Source: Paecilomyces variotii (taxonomy: Eukaryota). Taken from it: a DNA stretch of 64,000 nucleotides. Each line of letters opens with the position of its first letter. The first letter of the stretch is position 1. Where the stretch lies: the NCBI GenBank assembly GCA_004022145.1, contig RCNU01000002.1; one strand, written 5' to 3'. Below are positions 49,666 through 63,809 of this stretch, in pieces. Under the pieces are notes generated by a model. The model did no database searches. It saw only the letters and a program-made list of their open reading frames with translations, and had not been told where the DNA came from. The position numbers and the translations under genes were made by a program.

Positions 49666-52426
49666 ATGGCGGACCTAGAAGGGCGCTTTGCAGAGGAGCA
49701 GAATCATAACGCAGCCCCCGTCAGCGCGAATGAGAAAAAGAGAACCAGAGTCCAGTTCTCCTGTACAGCATGCAGGCAGCGCAAGTAAGTCTATCTGAAA
49801 TATCATATCATATGTACACGATTCAAGTAATCAACAGAGCTAATCCTCCCATCCAGACTAAAATGCGACCGCATCTACCCGTGCAGTAACTGCACCAGAA
49901 GAGGGGATGTCGGCGCATGCATCTACGTCGGGCGAGGCCCGAAGGGAAGGGGCGCTCATCCCCGGGCTGACCTTACTCATACCCAGAATCGGTTGCATCA
50001 CCTAGAAAATCTCGTCCTCTCGTTAGCACAGAAGAGAAGACTAGAAGGGCAGGATGTTGATGTGATGACTCCGTGTCAGCAGTTAATGCCAGAGATCAGT
50101 TCCCAGCCTAACGGAGGTCGGAATACTCTTACGGATCCGGCTTTATTGAAAGCATCATCGGAAGAGAAGAAGAAGGATCTCGTCGATTCTCCAGGAAGGC
50201 TCTTCGTGGAAGATGTCGGAACGAGTTATCTTGACGCTGCGCATTGGAGGGCAATACTCGAAGAGGTAAGCTGCGAGAAGACCGACATAACCGTGACGGA
50301 CTCTGATTCAAGATGTTGTATGCCAGATCAACGATATCAAGGTATATATTCAAGAGGAAGATACAGTGTCTGAAGATAGTGTGGCTGGGCTAGACATCGG
50401 AGAGCCAGAAGGCCCTATGCTTCTGTTGGGCTTGGACAGTTCCATGAGCTTGGAGGACCTCATCGAAGAGATGCCCCCAAAACCTCTCGTAGACCGTCTA
50501 GTATCGAGAAGTTTGACCTCGAAGTATCCTTCTATATGTAAGTATCCAATCCAATGCGGGTCTACCGTCCAATTTTACTTATACCTATAGTCATGATCCA
50601 CCAACCCACCTTTAAAAGAGAGGTACGTTTTCGGATTTCCCTTTGTGATGTATAGACCTCGACACTGACGTGCAGAAGTATGAACGTTTCTGGCGGAATC
50701 CACATGCAGTATCTGTCAACTGGTTGGCTCTTCTCTACGCTACAATGGCACTCGCTGTGGCTATATATCACAGGAGCAACGAACAGCTACCGGAAACGTT
50801 GAGAACTAACCGGGACGCTTTGAGTGTATACAAGAGGCATGCAGCTCGATGTCTTGTATTGTCCAATTACACGAAACCAGGACGATATAAGGTGGAAGCT
50901 CTGATGGTATATTCAGCCGCGGAGATGCTCACAGACGGCGACCCTCATTACAGCGTCTGTTTTATCCTCGGGATAACGATAAAGCTGGCCATGCGTATGG
51001 GCTACCATCGTGATTCCAAGCATTTTCAAAACATCTCCGCGTATGAAGGAGAAATGAGACGGCGAGTCTGGGCGGCTATATGTCAACTTGATAGCCTTAC
51101 TTCGAACCAAGTTGGCCTTCCTAAGACAGTGCAACGTTGGCAATTCGACACTGAACTTCCACACAATCTGTTGGATGAGGACTTTGACGAAGACAGCCCG
51201 ACACTACCGCCACCCCGGTCTGAGAATGAATACACGCCTGCGTTATATAGCATATGCAAAGCGAGATTAATGTTCGTGTTTAGCGACATTTCTGATCTCG
51301 CCTATTCCCGTGAACCTGCTTCCTACGACAAAATTCTCGAACTTGACAAACGCCTAGAGGAAGCTTTCGCAGCGATACCGCCACCCCTTCGAATACGAAC
51401 GTTTGGAGAATCTATAACAGATTCAGCGGAAGTTATCGTGCGCAGACATACTCTTGTATTCCTTTACAATAAATCACGGGTTGTCTTACATCGGAAATAC
51501 CTTACTGAGAATCGCTGCAACCCGCGATTCAGCTACTCCCGCTCCGCTTGTCTCGATGCCTCAAAGGAGATTCTCCTCCGCCAGGCAGATATCTACCATG
51601 AAGTGCAGCCAGGTGGACAGCTCTACGAGACGAGATGGTTTGTCCGTTCTCTACAAGTTCACGATTTCATACTTGCGGCTATGATAATCTGTTTGGAATT
51701 GATTCGGGACGATGCGCCTCGAACAGAGACTGCCAACTCCGACCAGGAAATTAATTTGACCTTGAAGGAAAAAGAGGATCTACTACACGTGCTTGAAATG
51801 TCACAGGATAGCTTTAAGCTGTGCATCCCATGGTCCAAGGATGCGCGTAAAGCATATGAGGCTGTGAGCGTTATGCTTAAACGCGCCAGAAGAGGCCAGC
51901 CCAGTGATCAGAAGGCAGATGAAGCAGTCTCTATAAACCCATCATCCAGCGGGTTGAACGCAGCAGGAATATCAAGTACTCCGTTGATATCCAGTGGTAA
52001 GTCTTCTCAAACTACAAAATGGCCAACATATGTGGAATTCCACCTAACCTCTTTTGTCGCTTTTCTAGGCGTCCCACTGCCACAAGACGGATCATATCGC
52101 CTTGAGTCTAGCGATGTTACGGTCGAATCCGGCCTAACGGGTGTCATTCCTATCGACACGGAGATAGACTGGGCGCAGCAGTTGTCGGCCGATTCGATAG
52201 GCGTTCTTGAAAACATGCTCGATACTCCAAATAATATTGACTGGGTGAGTATTCACTTTTACTGCCTTCTCACGTCGACCTCTTCTCCAGAGAGATCGCA
52301 GATGATGTATCCAATTTCTAATACTTGTTCTAGGGCCTCTGGGACGACCAAATGCAGGGAATAGAACGGGAACACATGAACTATATACATACATGGGGAG
52401 ATGATCCCACAAATGGATTTCATTAG
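49666..52426 (+). CDS. Zn(II)2Cys6 transcription factor with fungal-specific TF domain, multi-exon
   Basis: SCTACRQRK|LKCDRIYPCSNCTRRGDVGAC; AMRMGYHRD, EMRRRVW; last exon GLWDDQMQG..GFH*. Confidence 0.9.
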
Positions 52427-52939
52427 AGTAGCCATGACTATGGCAAGATGAGGTCATGAGATTGATGAAATCAAGCATCTAGAGGGAATATTGAAATATC
52501 TTGTATAAATAACAACAATTCTCGCTTTAGGTGGGCAATAGAACCTTCGACGCATCTCGTATGGTACATATTCGCGATGATGCTCTCGGCACGTCCCGAG
52601 CCAGTCCCGACCCCAGGATTGGCTCCGTCGGCACCGCCGCGATTCCGGCGCATTTATTGAATTAGCCGGCGATCGCCCGCAAGTCCGCCCAAGTTGACAT
52701 TGAACGCTTTTGAAACTCTTGCCATTGGCTCTGCACCACAAATCTATATCATCTGGAGAGTCTGTAAAAGACTTCATCACGGCTTTTCCTTTTCATCTCC
52801 TACATTTCTGAGCTCCATCCACCGGTTCCCGAACTATGCGATAGCCTTCGAGAAACATCGCGCAACAAGTCACATCTCCGCTCATTAAACCCCATCCTTC
52901 GATCCTCTCCAGGGCAGCAACGCCATATAACCTTCTACA

Positions 52940-53689
52940 ATGAACTCCTCATTACACCTTCCACGCCAGCTGCTTGGACGCAATGCAGTCAGAGTTCCGT
53001 CTCGCCGGCTCTCAATCATCGCAAAACGAACTCCCACCAGCTTAGAATCTCCATCACGACGACCTCTTCTTCAACAACAACGACAACAATCTTTCCTCCT
53101 CGCACAGCAACAATCACGACGCCACTTCCAAATCCCACCTCTCTCCTCCCTCTTCTCATCCAACAATAACAATAACAACAACAACTCCTCGGACTCAGAC
53201 CGCCACCTCACCGCAACCCGCATCCTCCCCCACCCACCAACCCCTCTGTTTCGCGTCATTTCCTCCGTCGAATCATACTCCCAATTCCTCCCCTTCCTCA
53301 GCGCCTCGACCGTAACCGCTCGAGACCCCCATACCAACTACCCGACCCGCGCGTTTCTCACAGTCGGATACGGCCCGTTTAGCGAAACATTCACATCGCG
53401 CGTCGACTGCGATCCCGAGACATGGGTGGTAGAAGCGCGCAGCGGAGCGAGGTTCGACGAAGCGGAAAATATCCCTGGGGCTGATGAGGGGATTTTCGAG
53501 TATTTGGATACGAAGTGGCGGTTGATTCCGTTGGAAGGGGAGGGACAGACGAAGGTGCAGTTGGATATTCGGTTTAAGTTTCGAAATCAGTTCCATGCCA
53601 CTATGATGAGTGCGGTTGAAGGGCAGATGGCGCAGGTTATGATTGAGGCGTTTGAAAAGAGGATACGGGAGGTGGTGGGTGGGAGGTAA
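52940..53689 (+). CDS. COQ10: coenzyme Q-binding START/polyketide-cyclase protein
   Basis: Arg-rich mitochondrial presequence; VESYSQFLPF, LTVGYGPFSETFTSRV, FEYLDTKW, MIEAFEKR. Confidence 0.85.
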   Translation: MNSSLHLPRQLLGRNAVRVPSRRLSIIAKRTPTSLESPSRRPLLQQQRQQSFLLAQQQSRRHFQIPPLSSLFSSNNNNNNNNSSDSDRHLTATRILPHPPTPLFRVISSVESYSQFLPFLSASTVTARDPHTNYPTRAFLTVGYGPFSETFTSRVDCDPETWVVEARSGARFDEAENIPGADEGIFEYLDTKWRLIPLEGEGQTKVQLDIRFKFRNQFHATMMSAVEGQMAQVMIEAFEKRIREVVGGR

Positions 53690-54023
53690 TAATGGTCTTG
53701 CTTTTGGTTAGGGAATGTTGGTATAGATGTGTATAGAGGGAATATATAGATTGTAAATTAGAGGATCGGTTCTTTCCAGTTGACGGTTTGTTTTTTATAT
53801 TTTTATTTTCATGTTACGGTCGTTTTGAGATACTTTTGTCCTGGAAAAGCTAGGTTTGGTTTTTCCCTTTTTGCCCTCGTTTCTTTTTCTTCTATAGAAA
53901 GAGATCATTTGCTGTACATCTAGACAACACAAGGGGAGAAGCTATAAAAGAGACAAAAGACATGGCGTGTAGTATAATACAATAAATCCGCTCGGCCTGA
54001 TCATCTGCAAAATGGACACCAAA

Positions 54024-55166
54024 TCATAGCATGCCCAAGCTGCGGTGTCTGTTGATGGGATTCCGGTTCTTCGGGGCGCTCACAGCGTTATAGTTGTCGT
54101 AGACCACTTCCCAGTTGATCCTGTCCCACCAGCGCTCGAGGTACTCGGCCTTACCGCCAATACCGTAGTCCATCATCCACACGTGCTCCCAGGTGTTGAC
54201 ACACAGAATGGGCTGGACATCAAGGGCGCCCGGTGCGAGGTTCTTCTGGTTCTGGGCGTGAGCTCCCATGGAGCCTGCAAACTGATTGCCCAGGGGAGCG
54301 TCAGAGTTGTGGGTAGCCATGTCGACCGGCTGCCGCCGGGAGTGCGCAGCAGGGTAGGGAGAACCGGCGTTGTATGTGCAGAAGATGTTCAGGAGCCCTT
54401 CCCTCTCGAGGTTCTTGGCCAGCCAGACGAATCCAGGACCGAACATAGCGTTAGCAGTGGCCAGGAAGTCGAGCTTCAGAGATTCTATTGACGAGCACGT
54501 GTCGGTAATATCTTTGGCAAACTTCTCGGGAATAGTGGTCTGGGTGGGCGCCTGTTACAAGATCGCCATCAGTCATAGCTCCTCGAGAATGATATACATC
54601 CGGTATGGTCATAGCTCACAAGGCAATTGAAGAAAAAGTGGTTGTTGTGCGCCATGGAGGCGTAGTTGAACACGGAGGCCATCTCCGGCCGCTTGGAGTA
54701 CTTGATGAGGAGCTCGCCCGGTTTGGCGTCAGCGTCGACAGTGTCTATTCAGAGACAAGCATTAATATCTTCACCCAGGAGCCCTTTGTGGTATTGTTGG
54801 GCAGCGTGGCCAGACGGCTAGTCCTCCACCAACTCCGCAACCATATCTTAACGGGGAACTCACCCTGCGTCAACAAGTTGAGCTTGTCAACCAGGAGCGT
54901 CTGGTACTGGGTCCAGGCGAAGTCAAAGCCCTCCGGAGAGAGCAGCTCTGGAACTCCATTCTTCTTAAAGTACGCATCGTGCGTCAACTGGGGCACACGG
55001 TGCAGTCCTCGAATCTGGGATCTGGGAAGGGCGGAAGCGGATTTCTAGCAACCAGGTGAGCGGCACGGTCGAGAAGAGAAGGCAGCCATTGAATGGAGGC
55101 AGCGCTTACTGTGAGAGAAGACACTGCGCGCAGGGAGCCCTGCGGCCGGAGGATTCGTCCAAACAT
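54024..55166 (-). CDS. RSM26: SOD-like mitochondrial small-subunit ribosomal protein (Rsm26/Mrp1 family)
   Basis: GVPELLSPEGFDFAWTQYQ, FNYASMAHNNHFFF, MFGPGFVWL, PILCVNTWEHVWMMDYG; lacks the canonical SOD DxWEH Asp; 3 introns. Confidence 0.82.
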
Positions 55167-55842
55167 TATGAGCAACGGTCGTGCGGCAGTCGCAACATCC
55201 CCGGATAGAAGCTGAGCTCGTCGATTTGGCGATTCTCTAAGAATTTCTGGCGGTTGTCCCGTTGCGGTTTAGCGCCGCTGAGGTAACCACCGCCCAACCA
55301 GCCGGCCAATCACAGCCTCACAACGCGACTCCTGCGGCCTCTTCTGATACTGCGAGGATCGACGATGTTCTTCTGCTCGTCCAACTACGCGCTCTCGTCC
55401 AACCGCCCATCCCCCGGGCGCTATGTTTGAGGCCCTCTGAGCCTGTGAGAAAAGAGCGCTCAGCCTGTGGAGATGAAGAGTCATAGCTCTTTGGAACGCC
55501 ATCCCACCGGGTGGAGTCTCCGATGGCTGCGCTGTATACCAGTCGGCGCTTCTGCGCAGTCTATTCTGGGACTTCAGCGCCAACTTCCAGAACTGGATGT
55601 ATCAGTGGATGTTAAATGAAGGCATGGTCTTGTGGGCGTCATATACCTGGATATACCCTGCATCCAACTGTTCTCTTTGTTCACACTTTGTATACTGAAA
55701 TGTTTTGTCTTCTTCTTTGATGTCTATTTAAATCTAAACAGAGCTTCTGTTACTTAATCACACTCTTCTATTGCTTCATCCTTTTGTCTGTTGGATTAAA
55801 TCTCTTCGTGACAAGCTCTCTGGATTTCCTAGTGTTACCAAT

Positions 55843-57177
55843 ATGGCGAGGTCGCTGCTGCATCACATCCTCGCCATATACTTGGTCTACTCTGTTCTCG
55901 ATACGACCACCATAGCAGCTGCTGTTTCATCAAGCGAGGTATTAGCACTGCTGCAACGAGACACTGGTTCATGCCCCAATTCATTTGATCATTGTGCGAA
56001 TTCGAAGTTCCCTGCAGATTTCTGCTGTCCATCATCGTCGACTTGCATAAGTCTGGACAATGCCAGCTCTGCTATCTGCTGCCCCGAGGGATCGGACTGC
56101 TCCTTCATCCAACCGATTACATGCGATATCCAGCTACAAAATGTTACGGCCCATCCAACAAACTCACTCAAGACCACCAAGCTGGATGACAGCCTTCCAA
56201 AGTGCGGAGATTCATGCTGTCCCTTTGGATACACGTGCCAAAACGACAATACATGTGCCCTTGACAAAGACACATCATCATCAGCAACTTCTTCCGCAAA
56301 TCCATCAACCTCTGCTGCCGCTACATCCTCGACCCAGACCACGGTAGCAACTGCTTCCTCTGAGACCGGATATACAAGCTCTGTCACATCGGAAACATCA
56401 GCTCCATCCGCAACACCTTCAATCGCAATCACTGCAAATCCGTCCGCAACTGATTCTGCCAATCCAACAACGACAAGTCCCTATTCTTCGACTTCTACTT
56501 GGGATGCAACTTCTCTAGCTGGACTCTCTACGACTTCACCGAGTTTGACACCGAAATGTCCATCCTTTCCCACCAAGGCTATTATTGCGGGTTTCTTCCC
56601 AGGTCTCCTCTGTGGCGTCATTATAACACTCCTTGTGACGATCTGCTTCAAAAGACGAAGCAGGCGACGTGTTCCTCCTGTTTCGAAGATTCCCCATATC
56701 CGCCAACGAAGTTCTGATGGAGGAATCATCGGTATATCAGGCCCCATTATGACGGAAGAGAACTCCTTTCGGTCAGACTTCTTGCGCCGTAATGGTCTAT
56801 CCCGAAATTCCGTAGGTGGCAGATCGATACTTCATCGTTCCAGATCTCGCGTCCGGAGTCTCTTCGCCACTGGGCCTCCTAAAGGGAACATCTATACCAC
56901 CGACAGATCTGCTCCTCCACTTCCAGTCACGCCGCCCCGGCAGATCATCCCACAACGGCCGCCTAGCACCGAGAGCATTACGGTGTTTTCGCCAGAAGCA
57001 TTTGCTTCTTCTGACGTGCTGAATCCAAGTCCATATCCTCCAAGACCGAATACGACATTTACCGAGATGATCGACAATGTGGGCTTCAAGAACAGTGATG
57101 GAAACCCGTATTATCGTGTCACGGAAACACCGAAGCCACCATCTCAGACACAGAGTCCCCCGAGGAGACTTGCTTAA
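55843..57177 (+). CDS. cell-surface single-pass protein (Cys-rich head, Ser/Thr stalk, TM, cytoplasmic tail); Mid2-like architecture
   Basis: Signal peptide, CCP repeats, S/T-rich region, TM IIAGFFPGLLCGVIITLLVTICF-KRR. Confidence 0.8.
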   Translation: MARSLLHHILAIYLVYSVLDTTTIAAAVSSSEVLALLQRDTGSCPNSFDHCANSKFPADFCCPSSSTCISLDNASSAICCPEGSDCSFIQPITCDIQLQNVTAHPTNSLKTTKLDDSLPKCGDSCCPFGYTCQNDNTCALDKDTSSSATSSANPSTSAAATSSTQTTVATASSETGYTSSVTSETSAPSATPSIAITANPSATDSANPTTTSPYSSTSTWDATSLAGLSTTSPSLTPKCPSFPTKAIIAGFFPGLLCGVIITLLVTICFKRRSRRRVPPVSKIPHIRQRSSDGGIIGISGPIMTEENSFRSDFLRRNGLSRNSVGGRSILHRSRSRVRSLFATGPPKGNIYTTDRSAPPLPVTPPRQIIPQRPPSTESITVFSPEAFASSDVLNPSPYPPRPNTTFTEMIDNVGFKNSDGNPYYRVTETPKPPSQTQSPPRRLA

Positions 57178-57716
57178 AAGCGCTGGCACGTTTCTGCATT
57201 GGTGGAACGCGTATTTAAAATTTCTTTCTGTGGCTCAAATCTTTTGATTTGCTTTAGAACGCCCTACACATACAGGACCCTCGTCTAAAGTTTCGGACGC
57301 AGGGGTTGTCATTTTTCTGCTACATAGTTAGCGAGCTTATTCTAATTTAATAGACATCGAAGTATACATGCATTTATTTTGCGGTGGTAGCTCGAGCCTA
57401 CTGTAGCATAGTGTGCAACTAAAATCTGCAAAAGTACATAATTTAGAGCTTCACCACGATGAATCTCGAGTTTTATCATTTCTATACTCATGGTTCGGAG
57501 AAGGGACCGGGTGAGCTAGCTAACTGGCTAGTGGACGCCGCGGAGACTAAATCACCACCTAAAGGGAGCCTCTGTATTAATGCTTCATCGCCGCGCTGAA
57601 GCCACTACTTCAATTTCCGACAGGAAAAGACTCCCACGGCCGGCACTACTGGTGCCTCCTTGACATTTCCCCAAGGCCATGCTAGCATTCTCTCTTTGAA
57701 AGGGGAATGCTTTACC

Positions 57717-59560
57717 ATGCCAGATAAAGATGGAGGCGTAGCGTCCTCAACCGCTCCCCCAGGGCCCAGCACCGATACCACGAACGACACGCCAACCATG
57801 ACCTCCGCGAAAACTGTCGACCGTGGGCCTCCTCCAGAGAAACCGGAGGCGATCCGGACACGGTCGCGAGTCATCTTTGCTTTCTGGGCCGTCATCATTT
57901 TCCTAGGTATACCGATATGGTGGAAGACAACCTCTATTTACCGGGCGAGCATACCCGTGGATGAGATGATTGCATGGGCAGATGGAAAGGTATGGCTTCG
58001 CATCCCTCTTGTGCTGGTATTATTGGATGTATATCTAATCAATGCACCCCTGTATAGGTCTGTCGCCCAGTCTTTCCTCTGGAAATAGTAGTCCAGACCC
58101 CTGCGATGCAAGCTTCAGACGCTCAGCACCTCGTCCGGACGACGCAACACGCCCTTGACGACTTGAACGAGTTCTCTGCACATCATCTTCGCCTGAAGCT
58201 GGCGGATTCTCTACCGCTGAATGATAATCCCGCGAATTTTAGCCCTTCAGAGGGGGACGATACTGGACAGAAGGCGGATGTTGCATTGGTCGTGAGGTTG
58301 TTGCCTCGAGATAATCTGGCCGCTCCAACTTCGGAGCTCCATTCATACTCAACCGAACTTGATATCTTTTATCCGCCGAACCAAGTCCCTTCACCTTCGT
58401 CGCCAAATCCTCCTCTATCTACGTTCATTGCACATGAACTGCAGAATCTCTTCAGCGAGGAGCAAGCAACAATCACGCACATCCTCTCACAGGGCAATAA
58501 CGCCGGTTCCAGTCTCCAACAGACCACAAATGCGCAACAGCCGGCCAGAAACACCCCGTCCCCGCAGCTGATGGAAAGCATTAGCAGGCGACTGACGAGA
58601 TCGCTGAAATATGCCGAGACCTATCATTTGACAATCTCGCTGTTTACTCCGGGTTACGACCCCTCGTCCTGGGATATCGAGGCGGCCATTCAAGAATACT
58701 TGACGCCGCTTCTGGATGCGCTATCGCCTATCAGCAACTTCTCCGTGGACACTCAGGTGCAGTTGTACGCAGCTTTCTCACCAACCGCTCCGCTCCCCGA
58801 GTACGATGAGTCGCAAGGAGCATGGACCCTAAAGAAAGAAGACCTGAGCGCTTTTATCAACGCTGCGGAATGGCCTCTTAGCCCCAGCATTGGCGCTGGT
58901 CCTACCATCGAATTCGTTCTATATGTACCGGCTCCTTCGCAATCCCCCTTGGTGGTGAAAGAGAGCGGCGCTACAAGTTGGTTGATTCCACAATGGGGAG
59001 GCGTCGCCATTCTCAACCCTCCTCTGACGCCGGAAAACCCCTATAACCCGCACCACCTCTCCAAGGAATCCCTTGAATCGTCCTTCCTCACCTTTTCGCA
59101 TCAACTGCTTACTCTGCTCGGGACACCATCTACCCCGCCTTCTTTACCGTTCCGGCTTCAGACTCTGATCCGTATTCGCGCTGCCAACCTTCTGCTATCG
59201 GCGTCGTCCACGATGGGCTCTCTCGCCCGCCTCACCCAGTCTCTCCCATCGATCCCCATCCCTGCCACGGTAGCAACGTCGATCTCAACGACACTGTCCC
59301 ATCTGGCAGCGACATGCACTCACCTGAAGGAGGGCCGCTTCTCTGCGGCGTTGGCGACAGCCCGCGTGGCCGAGAAGGAAGCGGAGAGGAGCTTCTTTGA
59401 AAAGAGTATGGTTGGTCAGGTGTATTTCCCGGATGAGCACAAGGTCGCTGTGTACCTTCCTCTGCTGGGTCCTATCGGTGTTCCATTGGTGATTAGCCTG
59501 ATGAAGGAGCTGAAGAGGATCGTGGCGGATTGGAAAGCGAAGCGGAATCTTCGGTCATGA
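57717..59560 (+). CDS. GPI17: GPI transamidase subunit PIG-S
   Basis: GIPIWWKTTSIYRA, FINAAEWPL, SWLIPQWGGV, YFPDEHKVAVYLPLLGP; intron 57990-58058. Confidence 0.93.
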
Positions 59561-59808
59561 GTTTAAGCAACTAACTGTATTATAAGAATAGATTATTTTC
59601 TGCGATTTGCTTCTTAGCCCCTGGGAATATACCCGTAATTCAATTCTATGAATACCATTCATAATATCTATGATATCTACACACGAAAAAAAGCATGGGT
59701 ATCTTTTTGACCTTCGAAACGCCTTCAATGGACCCGAAAAACCACGATACATATACACTCCCCCCAATGCGAAATCTCAAAAATAGCAGCATATGTAATC
59801 GAACGAGA

Positions 59809-60603
59809 TCAATATTCCTTTTCGAAAATCTTCTGGATCGGCTTCGCGGCCTAGAATAACACAGTTCCGTTAGTATATTGCTGTTTTGTTCCGGGACCAA
59901 TTCTCGCAGGATATACGCACATCAATGAATCTCTCTAGGTCCTGATCCAGATTAGCCAGATCATCTTTCCGTTTCTTGTTCTCTGCGATGAGTGCCTGTT
60001 TCCGCTTCAGAAGCTCCTGGCGCGCCTGTTCGAGCTTCTCCCGCTCTGCATGTTCATGGTTGATGCGCGCGATCATCAGCTCGTGAGGATCGGAGTCCTT
60101 GTACTCTGGGTGGATCTCTAGGAATTCTTCGACTGGGATTAATGGTAGGGATAGGTATTTATGACTGTTGGTTTTCGCGACGAAGTTGTCAGTAAGGCGA
60201 AAGAAGGCAAGAAAGAAAGAAAGAAGCAAAAGGTGGGAAAAATGACGGAGCAAACGCACTCATAGGATTCACAGGCCGCAATCTCATTCGTCAGGTGTCT
60301 TTGCTCGTAATATAGGTTCTGCAGCTGGAGGTGCAACCGATCGATTTCCTGACGAGCCTCTGCGGTCGCTTGTTTTGTTTGGCGGACTCCGAAGATCGCA
60401 TCGCGATTCAATCCACGCAGCTGGGACAGTAGCGAATAGACTCGCTTCTGCTGCTTCGAGACCTCGAGCATCGCATTTTCCGGCGGTGGTGAGGAGGTTG
60501 GTTCGAGGAGATCCAAGAGCTTCTGGCACTCTGCAAGGGTATTTGCGCTGACGCGCAAGACCGGCAGGAGGGCAGGGTCCGTGACAATATCTGTGACGGT
60601 CAT
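59809..60603 (-). CDS. THO complex subunit 5 / Fms-interacting protein homolog, 3 exons
   Basis: LHLQLQNLYYEQRHLTNEIAAC, LIPVEEF, PHELMIARINHE; last exon AAKPIQKIFEKEY*. Confidence 0.85.
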
Positions 60604-61369
60604 GGTGGCAGACGAGAATACCGCACGGATCGAGTAGGATGGAAGGCGGGAAACACGGCCAACGGAGAAGGAGGGCAGATCTGGAGGAGCTCGAGTTCGG
60701 ATCTCGATTCACGGATGGGCTGGATGGGATGGGATGGGATGGCCTCGTGGCAGAGATGCGGTCGCTTATGGGTCGAAAGGAAGAATGTCGAGTGCTGCAC
60801 CTAGCAAGGTGATTTGGACCATTGGAGACAATTGATCACAGCACACAGTTGCGTCTTGGCTGAAAACAGCAATTCTGATATCAACAGGTGGGGAAAGTGA
60901 GAAAAACACCGTTTAACAGTGTCTTATATGATTCTGAATCTCTGATTGACTGCAGGGGAGAGATAGACACGTTGGGGGCAAATTTCGCCCCTCTCTTGCT
61001 AACTTACTTCTTCCTGTCTCGGCGCTTCTCCCCTTTGTGGTCCCGCTCTCTCTCTTCCTCTCTCTATTATTCCTGTGCTCACTTTCTCCTGCGTATAACT
61101 ATCCCTACTTCCCTATTCACTCCTTTTTGATTGTTGGTTATTTCAGCCTTCTGGCAGAACTTCTTTTTCTTTCGAATACCTCCTTGCACTCCACAGACAC
61201 GTGTTTCTGCGTTATTCTCTCCTTATCGGGTGCCGATTCCGTGATCCGAGCACGGAGAACAAAGCGCTTCCCGCGGACCGACGATAACTAGTCTTTTTAT
61301 CACTAAATAAAGACAAGAGAGCATGCTGCTGGCCTTTTCAAATCAATACCCAGTCAATTGAACGTCACC

Positions 61370-62937
61370 ATGGCTTGCACGGCGCCTTCAATGACCGTCG
61401 AGTCGTATCCCGACGGGGAGTCGACCTCATGCTCAACCCCCACGGAAGAGAGCGCTCTGCTGCGAGAGCGGAGGAGAAGACATTCATTCCACGCGGCAAG
61501 AAGACTGTCTCGGGACTATGATGCGGATGCTATATTCTTAAAGGTAAGAGCAGATAGCTTGCCTAGTCGGTTATAGTTTCGGTTCTGACAATTTTTTTTT
61601 TCTTTCTTCAGGTCGAGCTCTTTCTCGCGGAATTGGAGAGGCGAATGCGGTGGCTGGAAGACTATAGGAAATCTCATATGGACCAAATTGATGCCAGTTT
61701 GAAGAGAGGTTATGCTACGCTGGAGGCTGTGAGAGATTCGTGCTCTCACGCCTCGGGCGAGCTGATGGGTGGCGGCAGGCGCCGGGCAAGAATCCTCGTG
61801 GAGACGTTGGAAGGCCGGTACAACGAGGCTCTGGCGACGAAGGAGACATTGGAGCAGAAAGCCCAGGCGGGTATACGCTTGATGGAATCCTTCCTGAGTG
61901 ATATGGAATCCCGGGCCAACAATGTCCGCGATCGGGGTATCTCGGGTGCAATCGACGATGGCTGGAAGGCGGTCGACTCTGGCTTGACCCATGCTCGAGA
62001 GGTCGTCGACGAGGGAATTGAACAAGCTCGACGTGCAAAGGACTCTATTCGCGAAAGTATTGACCGTGCAATCGAGCTGGCTCGTGAAAAGCGTTTGATA
62101 CACTACTCGGATCTGCCGCATCCCTGGCGGGTCAACCCTCACATCCTTCAGGGCTACCGCTTTACTACGTCCAAGGTTGAATGCGTTACCTCCATGTTCA
62201 CCTTTTCAAATGAACTGGTGAACATCTGGTCCCATTTGATTGGGCTCTTTATCGTCTTGTCGATTGCTTTCTACTTTTATCCGCTCAACCCCAACTTCAC
62301 CCTCAGCACCAAAACGGATGTGGTCATCGCCGCCGTCTTCTTCTTCGCGGCTTGCAAGTGCCTGGTCTGCAGTACCATGTGGCACACGATGAACGGTATC
62401 GCGTCGCAATCATTGATGGAGCGATTTGCCTGCGTCGACTACACTGGAATTTCCCTTCTGGTCGCTGCCTCCATTGTTACCACGGAATATACGGCTTTCT
62501 ACTGTGAGCCTGTCTCCCGGTGGACCTATATACTCCTGACCTCTGCCCTCGGTATTGGTGGTGTCATCCTCCCGTGGAACCCAACTTTCAACCGCGCTGA
62601 CATGAACTGGGCTCGTGTGGCTTTCTACGTCACCCTCGCCTGCACGGGCTTTGCTCCTTTGGCGCAGTTGAGCTACACGCGTGGTATTGATTGGTGCTTA
62701 TATTTCTATGCGCCATTGATGAAGAGTTTGCTTGTCTACCTTGCAGGCGCAGTTGTTTATGCTTCCCAGATTCCCGAACGCTGGCGCCCGGGTCTCTTTG
62801 ATTATTTTGGCGGCAGCCACAACATCTGGCACATTGCTGTGCTTGGAGGAATCCTGTTCCATTACCATGCTATGCAGCAACTCTTTGCTGGAGCTTTCGT
62901 GAGGGCCCAGCAGGAGTGCCCTTATCTGAAGGCTTGA
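61370..62937 (+). CDS. IZH3: PAQR / adiponectin receptor-like protein (Izh3 type)
   Basis: NELVNIWSH, STMWH, CVDYTGI, PERWRPG.FD..GGSHNIWH; intron 61543-61611. Confidence 0.9.
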
Positions 62938-63809
62938 GGCTATGAACTTCATGAGTGAAGTGTCAATTGCTCCACGGTCTAGCCTCTCGGGTGAATTGGT
63001 CCTGTTAAGTTCCCCACGCTTTTCACGCAGAGGAGATACCCAGCCGAGTGCTGCTAGAGTCACCTCTACCCGAACGAGACAACCCACGGCGGAATGGACC
63101 TTTTGGGTTCAATGGCGTCCGCTGAGAAGTCGGGTTTTTTGAGTTTTATGTCTGATGCCGCGCACTGATAGACTTGCATTGTCCGCTTTTTCACTGATGA
63201 TCTAAATATTTGTCTGATGTCCCGAGACTAGAGCGCACCTTTGAGAACCTTGCCGTCGTTACAGGCAGCCACGCACCGCTGAACATATAGATATCTAACT
63301 TCAATCATCTGTACATATTGGCATCCTTAACCTGGTGGTTCTAGGTGACTTTTTCAGTACGCTGCAGCTATCCTTCTGTAGTATTGAACAGTGTAGTAGA
63401 ATCTTAACTATACCGGTTTCAGATCGATGCAGACTTGTGTCATGATATGTATTCTAGATCCCTCGAGGCTCTATCTATTATTCTAGTCTAGAATTTATGC
63501 GGTGGTATATATACAATCGTATGTTTTGACTATCAACATCGTCTTGCTGCTGGCGTCTCAGGCGCGCGTGTCTGCTCTTTGCTGGCGACGGCTCTAGTGA
63601 CCTTTTAGGTATGGGGGGTCTGGAGTCGAGCGCTTGCGTTGGTGTGTTTCTAGGATAGGGTTATGTCCTAGCATTGTCATGGAAGCATGTAGCTGTAGCT
63701 GTAGCGCTTTGCGCTGTAGTAGGTTGGTGTCCGTCTGGATGGCAAAGACTGGAAGGCAGCTGCTCGAGACTTCTCCTAGATAATTGATCTTGTCTTCCAT
63801 GCGCATGAA

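Noticed and set aside
54024..55166. Fe/Mn superoxide dismutase
   Set aside because: Metal ligand set incomplete (NTWEH instead of DxWEH); better fits the SOD-like mitoribosomal protein
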